From: Micromonas pusilla
Taxonomy: Eukaryota
DNA length: 32,000 nucleotides
NCBI GenBank assembly: GCA_000151265.1
Contig: GG663735.1
Coordinates: forward strand, 1,380,854 to 1,412,853
Direction of reading: 5' to 3'
A model generated the notes under the pieces. The model did no database searches. It had not been told where the DNA came from and saw only the letters and a program-made list of their open reading frames with translations. Numbering within the stretch: the first letter of the stretch is position 1; the number at the start of each line of letters is the position of its first letter. Of the stretch, positions 1-9,800 are shown piece after piece. A program made the translations under genes and the position numbers.

Positions 1-1074
1 CAGAACGTGATGCCCTTATCCTGCGGCGTCACGAGCGGATTACACGGGTGCTGCCAGTACCGCGTCGCGTAGTCGGCGTCGGGGACGTCGCCGCACCCGA
101 GAATATTCCTCCCCGGACACGGCGCCACGTCCGGCGGCGGGCATCTCGTCGCGCCGGCGGGGCAGTCGTACACCACGCACGTCTCCATGGACGGCACCGG
201 ATCCAGGCACTGCGTCACCTTCCAAGTGCATCGCGTGAAGTTCGCGTCCCACACCGCCGCGGAGGCGTAGTCGTACTTCCGCGGGTCGCCGCTGTAATTC
301 AAGTTCGGGACGCCGCCGTACTCGCGCATGTGTATGGTCAACGGTAACGCCTTCACGTCTTCCGTTGTCGTTTTCGTTCCCGAATTCGCATCGCCGCCGT
401 CGTTCGACGCCGCGCGGACGTGCACGAGGAACGACGTGTCCTTCTGGAGGCGGCAATACGGATCCGTCGCGGCGTCGCCACCGCACGCGCACGAAAACAT
501 CTTTCCTCGCTCCCACGCGTCGTCCCCGCCCCCGCCCCCGCCGTTCGGGAGGAGGAGCTCCTCTCGCGTGGGGACGACGCACGCGCTCGTGCACCCTTTC
601 GCGGCGACGCCGCGACTGTTCCGTGGGCACGAGGCGACGGACGTGCACGCGCCGCAGTCGACGCCGCTCCATCCGCGGGGGCACGCGCCGACGTCGTCGT
701 CGTCGTCGTCGTCGTCGTCGCGCGGGGAGGCGTCGTCGTCCGCGGCGACGCAGTGCGCGCAGTTGGCCGGGTGCGGGCTCCGCGACGTCCACAGCGACGC
801 GTTGTTCTTACACGGGGGATCGTGCGCGTCGTACGCGTTCGAGCACTCTGCGCGCGGGCCGGGCGAGGGGGGGTAGGGAGGTCGCGAGGGTCGGGTCAGC
901 GGGACGGCGACGTCGCGACGATTGATTCATCGCATCGCATCGTTCATTCCTCGAAGGATGCGGATGGGCGGGGCGGTCGTCGCGCGCACCTTCGTACGTC
1001 GCGACCTTCGCGGAGGCGCCCAGCGACGCCGCCAGCAGCGCGAGCGCGCACAGGACGACGCCCGCGCGCGGCAT
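1..1074 (-). CDS. Secreted cysteine-rich protein with an EGF-like CxxGWxGxxCxxC motif. The C-terminus lies beyond the window start. Exons 990..1074 and 1..847, intron 848..989.
   Basis: ATG at 1074..1072 is followed by a signal-peptide-like MPRAGVVLCALALLAASLGASA. The listed 88-aa ORF then loses coding character. Donor G|GTGCGC (intron starts 989), a CTGAC branch-like motif and acceptor CAG (intron ends 848) restore a GC3-rich frame. I translated that frame by hand without stops down to position 1 (ECSNAYDAHDPPCKNN...CPRGWSGVDCGACTSVASC...CVVYDCPAGATRCPPPD...). It is absent from the ORF track because it runs off the window. Confidence 0.6.
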
Positions 1075-1331
1075 GACGAGCGCCGCCGGTGGGCGCGTCG
1101 CCGAACCCGCCGCGCGTCGGAGACTGCAGATCCGACTGGACGTGCCCGGAGCGCTGTCATTTCGTTCGACAGGACTGATGATGAGCAGAAAAGTAACAGC
1201 GGCGGAGTGCGTAGACTACCGAAGGGGGGCGCGAGACGCGTGTGATGATACTGTAGATAAGGTGGTTATGATGTGTGCGTCGTGACGTATGTACACTCGA
1301 TAACGCGCTCCTACCGTCGCGCTACCGCTCG

Positions 1332-3523
1332 TCACACCTGAAGCACCCCCTCCTCCACGAGCATCCGCTGCCGCCGCCGCTCGAGCGCCAGCCGCTTATC
1401 CGCGGCGTATTCCCGCCGCGCCCGCTCCAACGCGCCCTCGGACATGTACTCGGGCGGCACCGAGTGCGTCTCCGGCGCGCGCGAGAGCTCGTCCGTCATC
1501 GCGACGTGACGTTTCGCGCGGCGAAGCGACGGCGTCGCGTATTCCGGCGGCGGCGGCACGTGTCCACCGCTCATCATCGCCCTCGCGGTGGGCCGCGCAG
1601 CGCTTTGCGGGGGAAGACTGGCTCTGAGACGCTCGCGAGAGATTTGCGGCGACGGCGGCCGGCGCGCCTCCTGCTGCGGCGGCGGCGGGCGTCTCGCGGC
1701 CGCGGCCGCCTGCGCCGCTGCCTCCGTCGCCGCCCTCTGCGCCGCCGCCGTCGCCTGCTGCAGCTGACGATTATGCTCCATGCTCACGCGCAGTCCGCCC
1801 TTCAACTCCTCGAGCATCTGGGGGTGGAGTTGAAAGGCGTCAGAAGCGGAGTTGAAAGGCAACGCGGTCGGATATTGAAACCGTGGGGTGGACGGAGAGA
1901 GACGCCGGGAAGAGAAAGTCCTTAAGGAATGGCGTTCACCACGCGAACGGGGTCGTATGGGAACCAGTGTGCGGGACGCGCCTGCTTCGCCTCTGCGGCG
2001 GCGGCGAGCGTCTCCGACGCCGCGCGACTCACCGGCGCCGCCATGGGGTCCTCCCGCGTCCTCGACCGCGACCGCGGCCGTCCTCGGTGCGCCTGCGGCG
2101 TCGGCTGCCTCGAAGCCATCTGCTGCGCCATCTGCTGCTGCACCGCGCCCGCGCGTTGCGACTCGGCGAGGTACTGCCGCACCATCTCCGCGTCGTCGAC
2201 GGCGAGCATCAGGTCGCCCTCCGTCTGCGCCTTGACTTGCTGCGCGTGCGCGAGTTCTTGGCGTAAGAGCTGCATCTCAGCCTCGAGCGCCTCGCGCTCG
2301 CGGCGTTCCGCGGCCGCGCTGACGTTCGCCTGGTCCGCGGCGCGCATCGCCGCCGCCGCCGCCGCGCGCGCGTCCTCCATCGCCTGCATCACGCCGTGAT
2401 GCGCGTGCGACTCCGCCGCCGCCTGCCCCGGGACTTTACCGGTGAACATCATCATCATCATCCGGTCCGCGCGCTCGGCGCGTTCGCTTCGCTCCGCGCG
2501 CTCCGCGCGCTCGGCGCGTTCCGCTCTCTCCGCGGCCGTGTCCGCGGGCGGCGGCGGCGGGTGGTACTGCGGCGGCGGCGGCGGCGGCGGCGCGGGCGCG
2601 ACTTCGTGGCCGTAATACTGCTGGTACGCGCGCGGGTCCGCGTTCGCGAGGCGCGCGCGGAGGTCGTTCAACTCGTTGAAGACGTTGTTGCCGTGGTAGT
2701 TATCGCCGCGTCCGTTGTTGCCGTGGCCGCCGCGGCTGCCGCCGCGAATCTCGTGGTCGTTCGGGCCGAGCGACTGTCCGATGCCCGCGTTGGCGCTGAC
2801 GCCGAGGGAGTACCTCGCCAGGTCTTCCAACGCGGCGATGCGCGAGTTGACCTCCGCGAGCGGTATCTGCGTCGCCGCCGCCGCCGCCGCGGACTTGTAC
2901 GCCGGCGGCGGCGGGACGTTCTCGACGTTCTCCGGCTCCGGGTCCGCCGGCGGCGGCGTCGGCTCGCGCACGGACGGCGCCGGCGTCGGCGTCCTGGCGC
3001 GGTCGCCCGCTTTAATCTTCGCGAGTCCGGCTTTCATCTTCGCTAATCCGGACAGCTTCGCCGCGGACGGCGCGATCGGCTGGTCCCCCGCGACCGCGGC
3101 GATGGCGTCCACTTTCGCTTTCGCTTTCAGCCACTGCGTGCCCGGGTACTTCGGCACGTCCCCAGCCTCGGACGGCGGTATCGACCCCGCGGGCGTGGGC
3201 GGTTTCGACGTCTTCTTTTTCATTCCCATGGTCGCGTTGACCATCGTCTTCACCTCCTTCGCCTTCGCCCACTTCGACCCGGGGAGGAGCGCCTTCGGCG
3301 GCTCCGCGGGCGCCGCGGGCGCGGCGTCGCCGCCGCCGCCCGCGGCCGCTGCCTCCTCGGCCGCGAGCGCCTTCGCGCCGAGCTTCAGTCGAGTTGACAT
3401 CTTCGTCAGCGACTTCGCTTTCGCCCATTTCGACGCCGCTTTCGGTTCGATCGCCTCGGTCGGCGCGTCGCCGCCTTCCGCGGGATCGTCCGTCGGGACT
3501 TCCGCGGGGGCTTCGTCCGCCAT
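1332..3523 (-). CDS. Low-complexity / coiled-coil-like protein of unknown function. Exons 1943..3523 and 1332..1817, intron 1818..1942 (alternatively 1818..1981).
   Basis: The GC3-rich ORF is 1922..3697. The first ATG after the AT-rich leader is 3523..3521 (MADEAPAEV); codons upstream have many A/T third positions. The ORF stop at 1922 lies inside a repeat-derived intron. Donor GTGGTG at 1942 and acceptor CAG at 1818 join in phase 0 to the open frame MLEELKGG...EEGVLQV* (1817..1332). The protein has KWAKAK-type basic repeats, poly-Pro, (ERA)n, MMMMM and an Ala/Gln-rich tail, with no recognisable domain. Confidence 0.6.
1818..1981 (-). mobile_element. Introner-like dispersed repeat, copy A. 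It is in sense orientation and forms the intron of the host gene.
   Basis: The minus-strand sequence 1981->1821 aligns by hand over ~160 nt (roughly 80% identity) with plus-strand 28284..28441. Shared blocks are gcacactggt(t/c)cccatacgacc, gcgtggtgaacgcc, tccttaaggactttt, cccggcgtctctctccg, gcctttcaact and ctgacgcctttcaactccacccc. CAG flanks both ends (1984..1982 and 1820..1818). Confidence 0.55.
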
Positions 3524-3858
3524 GTTGAGGGCGTGCGCGAGCCGGGTTGGGGAGCGCGACGGCCCGAGACGGCTTTGAGCCGTTAACGATAGAAATCGTG
3601 GTTTTGTGTCGCGAGTTCCGGGAAGTGCCAAAAATGGGGGGCCTAATTTCATCGGTAAATCACTTTTTTGATCGGCATCTCTGAAGCCGGAGAACATTTT
3701 TTAAACCGCGTTTTGAAAGTTGTTTTCGCCGCTCTCGCCGATCAAGTCACGTAGGGCGAGCCCGGCCCGGTTGCGTGGCGGCAGGCGCAGGCGGTCAGGC
3801 GCGATCTCAGAGCCTCTGAAAGGATAGCGACGCGACGCAGCGACGTCGACACTTCGAG

Positions 3859-5847
3859 ATGCACGCCCTCACGCACGGCCTCGGCGCCGCCGCGCTCCCC
3901 CTCTCGCGGGGCGCGCCCGCGCCGCGATGCCGCGCCGCCGCCACCGCGCGCCGCGTCGTCGCCCGGCCGCGCGCGAGCGCGACGGCGACGTCGAGCGACA
4001 GCGCGACCGGAGGGACGACGATCTCCGCGGAAGAGCTCGACCGCGACGCGACCGCGGGGAACCCGCTCATCGGCATCACGCCCGATCGCGTGCCGATGGT
4101 CAAAGCCGCCGCGGACGGGTCGTCGCCCACCGCGGGGTCGTTCAACTGGACGAAGCAGTGGTACCCGGTCGCGGTGATCGACCTGATCGACGCGACGAAG
4201 CCGCACCCGACGCAACTCCTCGGCGTCGATCTCGTCGTGTGGAGAGACGGCGACGGGCGATGGAGCGCGTTCGAGGACAAGTGCCCGCACCGCCTCGCGC
4301 CGCTGTCCGAAGGCCGCGTCGAGGACGACGGCACGCTTCTGTGCGCGTACCACGCGTGGAGGTTCGACGCGGACGGGAAGTGCGCGGACATGCCGCAGGC
4401 GAGCTCGCGCGAGGAAGAGGAGCGGGTCAAGTCGAACCCGCGGTCGTGCGCGTTTGCGCGCCCGACGATGGAGGCGCAAGGACTCGTCTGGGCGTGGGGC
4501 GAGGGCGGGAAAGAGGCCGAGATCGAGGCGCGGATGACGCCGCCGTTGCTCGTGCCGGAGATCGAGGGCGTCGGGAAGAACGGCGAGGCCCCGGGCGGGG
4601 CGTATCGGAACCACTGGCAGGTGAGAGACATGCCGTACGGCTGGGCGGCGTTTTTTGAAAACGCCATCGACCCCGCGCACGCGGTCGTGTCGCACCACAC
4701 GCTCGTCGGGTCGCGGTACGACGATCCCGCCGGGTTCAAGTGCGTCGTCGAGCGGCCGATGACCGCGGAGGCTGGGTTCAGATGCGCGCTCGACCCCGCG
4801 GTGCCTCCTTTCAACACGATCGGGAAGTACGACGCGGAGACGTCCTACGATTTTCAGCCGCCGTGCCTCTTGAAGATCGACTGGCGGCACGAGCAGGCGC
4901 GGTTCCTGACGTCGCACTACTGCGTCCCGACGCGACCGGGGTGGTGTCGGCACTTTGTCGCGACCGTGTGCCAGCGAGGCGAGGGCGAGAGCGTGCGGCA
5001 GCACCGGTGGTTCAAGCTGAATCTGTTCACCTTGACGTCGCCGGCGTGGATGACGCACGTGCTGGGTCCGACGTTTTTGCATCAGGACATGGTGTTGCTC
5101 CACCAGCAGGAGAAGATCATCGCGAACGGGGACGGGCAGGCGCTCGCGGAGAAGTGGAAAGACCAGGTGTTCATTCCGACGGGCGCGGATAAGATGACCG
5201 TGATGTTTTATCAGTGGTTCGGCAAGCACGGGCCGGTGCCGTGGGAGGGGCAAAACGCGGAGATGCCGCCGATCGAGCGCGACCACTCGAAGCTGTTCGA
5301 CACGTGGGAGATGCACACGAAGTACTGCACGCACTGTCAGGGCGCGCTGCGGAACACGGAGATCTTGAAGAACGTCGCGCTCGTCGCGGGAGGCGCGAAG
5401 GCGGTGTGGTTCGCGTGTCTGTGCGCGTTCGCCGCGTCCGCCGCCGGCGCCGCCGGCGGCGACGCCTCCGTCGTCGACGTCTTCGGTAACTTGCCGTCGT
5501 CCGCGGGCGGGGAGCTCTTCTCCGCGCTCTCTCTGTTCGGCACCGCGTACGGCCTCCACGGGTTCGCGGGCATGTTCAGGTCGTACCCGTTCTCGCACGC
5601 GGAGGAGGACATCGTCATGGAGGGCACCGCGAAGATTGGCCTGGCCAACGACGGCCCCTCGCCGTACATCGACTTCGTGGACGACTCGCTGTTCGGCGGC
5701 GCGGATAAGCGAGGGAAGCCGCACGCGGGCGGGTGCGAGTGCTCGGGGTGCTCGCCGCACTTCCAAGGCATTCGCAGCGGGGTCTTGGCCGCGCGGAAGG
5801 AGAAGCAGGCGAAGAAGGAGGCGGAGGCGGGCGCGCCGGCGCGGTGA
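3859..5847 (+). CDS. PAO/TIC55/PTC52-family Rieske non-heme iron oxygenase, plastid-type, 662 aa
   Basis: Single ORF with ATG at 3859. It has the Rieske motif CPHRLAPLSEG...CAYHAWRF, the mononuclear iron motif ENAIDPAHAVVSHH and the family-typical C-terminal CxxC (KYCTHCQG). The N-terminus is an Ala/Arg/Ser-rich presequence, and hydrophobic segments lie near the C-terminus. The sub-family (PAO vs TIC55 vs PTC52) cannot be assigned by eye. Confidence 0.85.
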   Translation: MHALTHGLGAAALPLSRGAPAPRCRAAATARRVVARPRASATATSSDSATGGTTISAEELDRDATAGNPLIGITPDRVPMVKAAADGSSPTAGSFNWTKQWYPVAVIDLIDATKPHPTQLLGVDLVVWRDGDGRWSAFEDKCPHRLAPLSEGRVEDDGTLLCAYHAWRFDADGKCADMPQASSREEEERVKSNPRSCAFARPTMEAQGLVWAWGEGGKEAEIEARMTPPLLVPEIEGVGKNGEAPGGAYRNHWQVRDMPYGWAAFFENAIDPAHAVVSHHTLVGSRYDDPAGFKCVVERPMTAEAGFRCALDPAVPPFNTIGKYDAETSYDFQPPCLLKIDWRHEQARFLTSHYCVPTRPGWCRHFVATVCQRGEGESVRQHRWFKLNLFTLTSPAWMTHVLGPTFLHQDMVLLHQQEKIIANGDGQALAEKWKDQVFIPTGADKMTVMFYQWFGKHGPVPWEGQNAEMPPIERDHSKLFDTWEMHTKYCTHCQGALRNTEILKNVALVAGGAKAVWFACLCAFAASAAGAAGGDASVVDVFGNLPSSAGGELFSALSLFGTAYGLHGFAGMFRSYPFSHAEEDIVMEGTAKIGLANDGPSPYIDFVDDSLFGGADKRGKPHAGGCECSGCSPHFQGIRSGVLAARKEKQAKKEAEAGAPAR

Positions 5848-5920
5848 CGTTATATTTTTGATTTCAAAAGATTACTACAGCGGCGTTTTTTGGGTCGTGG
5901 TTTACTGAACCCCTCTTTCT

Positions 5921-6592
5921 TCACTCTTCGTCCGTGCTGTCCATCGACGGCGGCTGCGCCGGCGGCTTGTCGAACTTATCGCCGATCGCGGAGAGGTACG
6001 GCGACGCTTGCCAGCACGCGTACCCGGTCCCCGCGAGCGCGAGGAAGAATCCGAATCCGCCGACGGCGACGACCATGATGAGACCGAGAAACACCCCGGT
6101 CGCGCCCATGATGCCGTAGCCGACCACGGGCGCGTCCTCGCCCGCTTCCTCCGCGAGGTTGATCACGGGCGCGAGCCACCCGGGCGCGGCGATGGACGCG
6201 TCGGGGGGCTTCATGAGGTCCTTGACGAAGTCCGGGAGGCCGCCCTCTTCCGCGCGGACGACCAGCCGCGCGCCGCGGCGAGAGCTCGCGCGGTCGAGCG
6301 CGATCGCAGCCTTGGACGCGCTCGGGAGCTGGACGCCTGCGAGGTCGTCGACGAGGCGAAGACGGAGGGCGCGGGGGAGGCGGCGGTGAGACGGAGGACG
6401 GCGTCGGTCGACGCGGAGCGAACGCGATCGTGGCGGGAAATAATCAAGTCATCCGGATGGTGTATTTATCCTCGCGACGAGCGAACCGAGCTCGGCGAGA
6501 GACGCACCGCCGAGCGCCTTGCGCGAGGAGACGCGCGCGCGAGGCGCGGACAGCGCCGCGTACGTCGCGGCGGAGCTGACGATGACGGACAT
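5921..6592 (-). CDS. Small presequence-bearing membrane protein (~166 aa) of unknown function. Exons 6508..6592 and 5921..6336, intron 6337..6507.
   Basis: ATG at 6592 begins MSVIVSSAATYAALSAPRARVSSRKALG (transit-peptide-like). Donor G|GTGCGT (intron starts 6507) and acceptor CAG (intron ends 6337) give a phase-1 junction in frame with ...LVVRAEEGGLPDFVKDLMKPPDAS.... This is followed by a Gly-rich double hydrophobic stretch, VVGYGIMGATGVFLGLIMVVAVGGFGFFLALAGTGYACW. Stop at 5921. Confidence 0.55.
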
Positions 6593-6854
6593 GCTCGCGT
6601 GCGTGGTGTGTTTGTGTCGGCGCGCGCGCGGCGTTCGGCGGATTAAACGTCTCGCTGAGCTGGCTGATGGCCAGCTCATTCGCGACGCCCAATGAATTGC
6701 GAACAAAGCGAATCTGTATGCGTTATTAGTCAGAGCTGGACGGGCGTCGTACGTAGTACGCGTATGTACCAGAAAGGGAAAAGCTTGGCGTTTTTTTATA
6801 CGTGTATTCAAACCGACCGGCGCGGCGTCCGCGTCTCCGCCGCCGCTCGTCCCT

Positions 6855-9800
6855 TCATCCCTTCGCGCCGACGATTGACGGCGTCAACCCCGCGTCGATC
6901 GCCGCCGCCCTCTTCCACGTATTCTCCCACAACCCCTCCGGCGCCCCCGGCGCGAGCGCGCCGCTCGCGGACATCACCAGAAGCATGTTCTTCACCGCCT
7001 CCGGAACCGCCTCCTGCAGCTCCTCGCTCTTCGCGTGCTTCAGAAGCTTCTCCATGGCGTCCAAGATCGCGTGCCACGTCGTCGCGAACTGCGTCGGCGT
7101 CGCCGCGGACAGCATCCCTCCGAGGTACTGCAGAAACGTCTTCGCGACGACGCCCACGCCGATGCGCGCGGTGCGCTCCGCCGCGACGCGCGCCTCCGCC
7201 GCGGCGGGCGTCCGCCCCGCGCCCGCCGCGCGGCACCGCTCCCCGAGCGCGGCCGCCATCGGAAGCAGCGCGCCGTCGATGAGCATCATCCAGTGCGTCG
7301 GCGGCGCGTGTAACCCCTCCGCGGCGAGTAACACCCTCTGCAGCGTCAAAAGCGCGTCGTCGCGCACGCCCGCGCGCGATTCGCTCTCGCCGACGCGTCG
7401 AAGCTCGCCGACGACGTCGTTCCACGGCCCGAGCAACGCGTGCGCGCGCAGCGACGTCACCGCCTGCTCCGGCGGCGGCGGCGACGCGCCCTGCGGGGAC
7501 GTCAGCGACGCGAACGCGAGCGCGGTCTCGACGGCGTCGTCGCCCTGGCACCACGCGCACATGGACGCGCACGCGGAGGAGAGCAAGGAGATGGCCGCGA
7601 TCGATCGCGCGTCGCCGCCTTGCGTCGCGTCGACGAACGCGGCGGCGGCTTCGACGAACGACTTGACGTTCCACGGGCGGACGCGGCTCTCGACGATCGC
7701 GCCCTCGGCGGTCGCCGCCGCCGGGGTCGCCGCGGAGGCGCCCTCGGCGGCTCCATCCTCCGAGGCGACCGCCGCGCCCATGATCCGAGACAGCGCGCTG
7801 AACCCGTGCGCGGCGGCGTCGGGGTGCCGCGCCGACGCCATCAGGAGTTTACAAATCGTGTCCCACCCTTTCTGCGTCCTCACCTTATCCGCCGCGACGG
7901 AGACGAGGACGCAGAGCTCGCGCGCGATGCGTTCGATGAACGCGTCCGCGACCGCGGGCTCGAGCGCGAACATCAACCGCAGCGAGTCCAGGAGCTCGTC
8001 CGAGAGATTTAAATCGTCCGAGACGGGGAGGAGCCGGCGGCAGACGCGCACGAGCTCGAAAATCGCGCGCTCGACGAGCGGCGACGGCGCCTTCGCGCTC
8101 TGCACGACGATCCGCAGGTACCCGTACACGTGCGGCAGGAGCGCCTTCGCGCGGTCTTTGTTGCGCAGCGTCACGCCGACGAGGACGTCGAGGCAGAAGA
8201 GCGCGACGTCCTCGTCCTCGGGGCCGGCGACGACGAGCCCGGCGCCGGCGCCGCCGCCGGCGGGCGACGCCGCCGCGCCGCTCGGCGTTCCCGGGTTGCT
8301 CTCCGTCGCGTTGCCGCGCGATGGGCCGCCCGCCGACGTCAGCGCGCGGACGAGGTGAAGCAACGCCTCTGGTTCCAAAAACTTCGAGTTGTCCGCGAAG
8401 ACTTCGTCGACGCGGCACGCGTCGACGCATCGAATCGCGCGCTCCTCCGCGGCTTTTTCCGCCTCCGTGAGCGGCGCCTCTGCGGCGGCGCCGCCGTAGT
8501 AGTCCGCGTCCAGGCTCAAGAACCGGAAGAAACTGCTCGAGGCGGACGACTTCTTCGCGAGCTTCGCGTCCGGTTTCGACGTCGACGCTTTGCCGCCGTC
8601 GAACGCGCGCATCGTCCCGCCGTCTCGCTCGTCCACGCCGAGACCGGTTCGGACTTTTTCCGAGAGCAAACCGAGCTTTTGCAGGCGCACGACGAGGTCG
8701 AGCAAGTGACGCCACCCCCCGCGGAGGGAGTCGCCGTACCGGTTCGCGACCGTGAACGCGGTCACCGCCGCGGTTCGCGCTTTATCGTCCTCGCCGAATC
8801 GCACGGACGCTCTCTTCGACGTCGCGGAGGAGGACGACGACGACGACGACCCGCCGCCGCCGCCGCCGCCGCCGCCGTCGCCGCGAAGATACGGCGGCGC
8901 CGCGAACTTACACAGCGTCGACACGAGGTGGTCCATCACGTCGCACAGTTTGTGGTGCCCCGCGACGCGCGCGATCCCTAAGAACCCGTCCAGGGCTTCC
9001 TTCAAGACGCTCTCGTCCACCGCGTGGTCGAACACGATCGACGTCGCGGCGACGGTGGGGGACCACACGATGGCGAAGAGGTCCGCGTCGTAGAGCACCG
9101 CCTCGTCCGCCTCGGGGATTTGCAGCATCCTCCCTTTGCCGTCTCCGCACGCGCGCATCATGTCCACCCACCGCGACGGCGTCAACGTCGGCGCGGACTC
9201 GTCTGTGAGTTTGATCTCGTCCTCGACGATCCCGTCGAATATGGACTCGAGCGTCTCTCTCGGCCAGTCCTCGCCGCCGTTGGTGCCGCGGTTGTTGCGG
9301 ACGAACTGCTCCAGCGTCATCTTCCGCTTCACCTGCGGGTTGTGCTGATCCGTGTTTAACATGATGATCGAATACGACAGGACGTACGCGCTGTCCGCGT
9401 CCGCGACCGCGTCCGGGTTCGCGCCGTAGTAGCGCGCGGCGAACACCTCGAGTATCCTCGAGATTTTCTGCGCCTCGCCGGGGAGCTTGAATCCGTCCAG
9501 AAACGACCGCAACGCCTTGTCCAGGGTCACGCCTTTGAAGTTGAATATGTCCGCGTACTGTTTCAACACCGACACGTTGAAGTCCTTGTGATCGCCGAGG
9601 TACTCGCCGACGACCTCTTTGTCCAGCCCCGGGGTGTACCTCAGGAACCGCGCGACCGCGGTCGGCTCGAGCGGGTCCGGAAGAAGCTTGATCTCCTGCG
9701 TGTACGCGAGACCCTTCTTCATCGACCGATTGAAGTGCTCCGCGCACGTCAACAGCCGTCGCTTCAGATGCCGCGCGCGTCGCAACGCCGTCGCGCGTTT

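Noticed and set aside
808-1074. 88-aa ORF as a stand-alone small secreted protein
   Set aside because: Only the first 28 codons look coding. A consensus donor follows, and splicing joins them in frame to a long GC3-rich exon.
5728-5751. A GGCEC motif shared by the oxygenase C-terminus (GGCECSGC) and the peroxiredoxin-like active-site loop (GGCECQ)
   Set aside because: It is a five-residue match in a Gly/Cys/GC-rich context with no surrounding similarity. This is most likely coincidence.
3742-5766. 674-aa minus-strand ORF antisense to the Rieske oxygenase gene
   Set aside because: Its composition is Arg/Ala/Pro/Val-rich, as expected from reading a GC3-saturated gene on the wrong strand. It has no recognisable motif, and it is fully overlapped by a gene with clear Rieske/PAO motifs.
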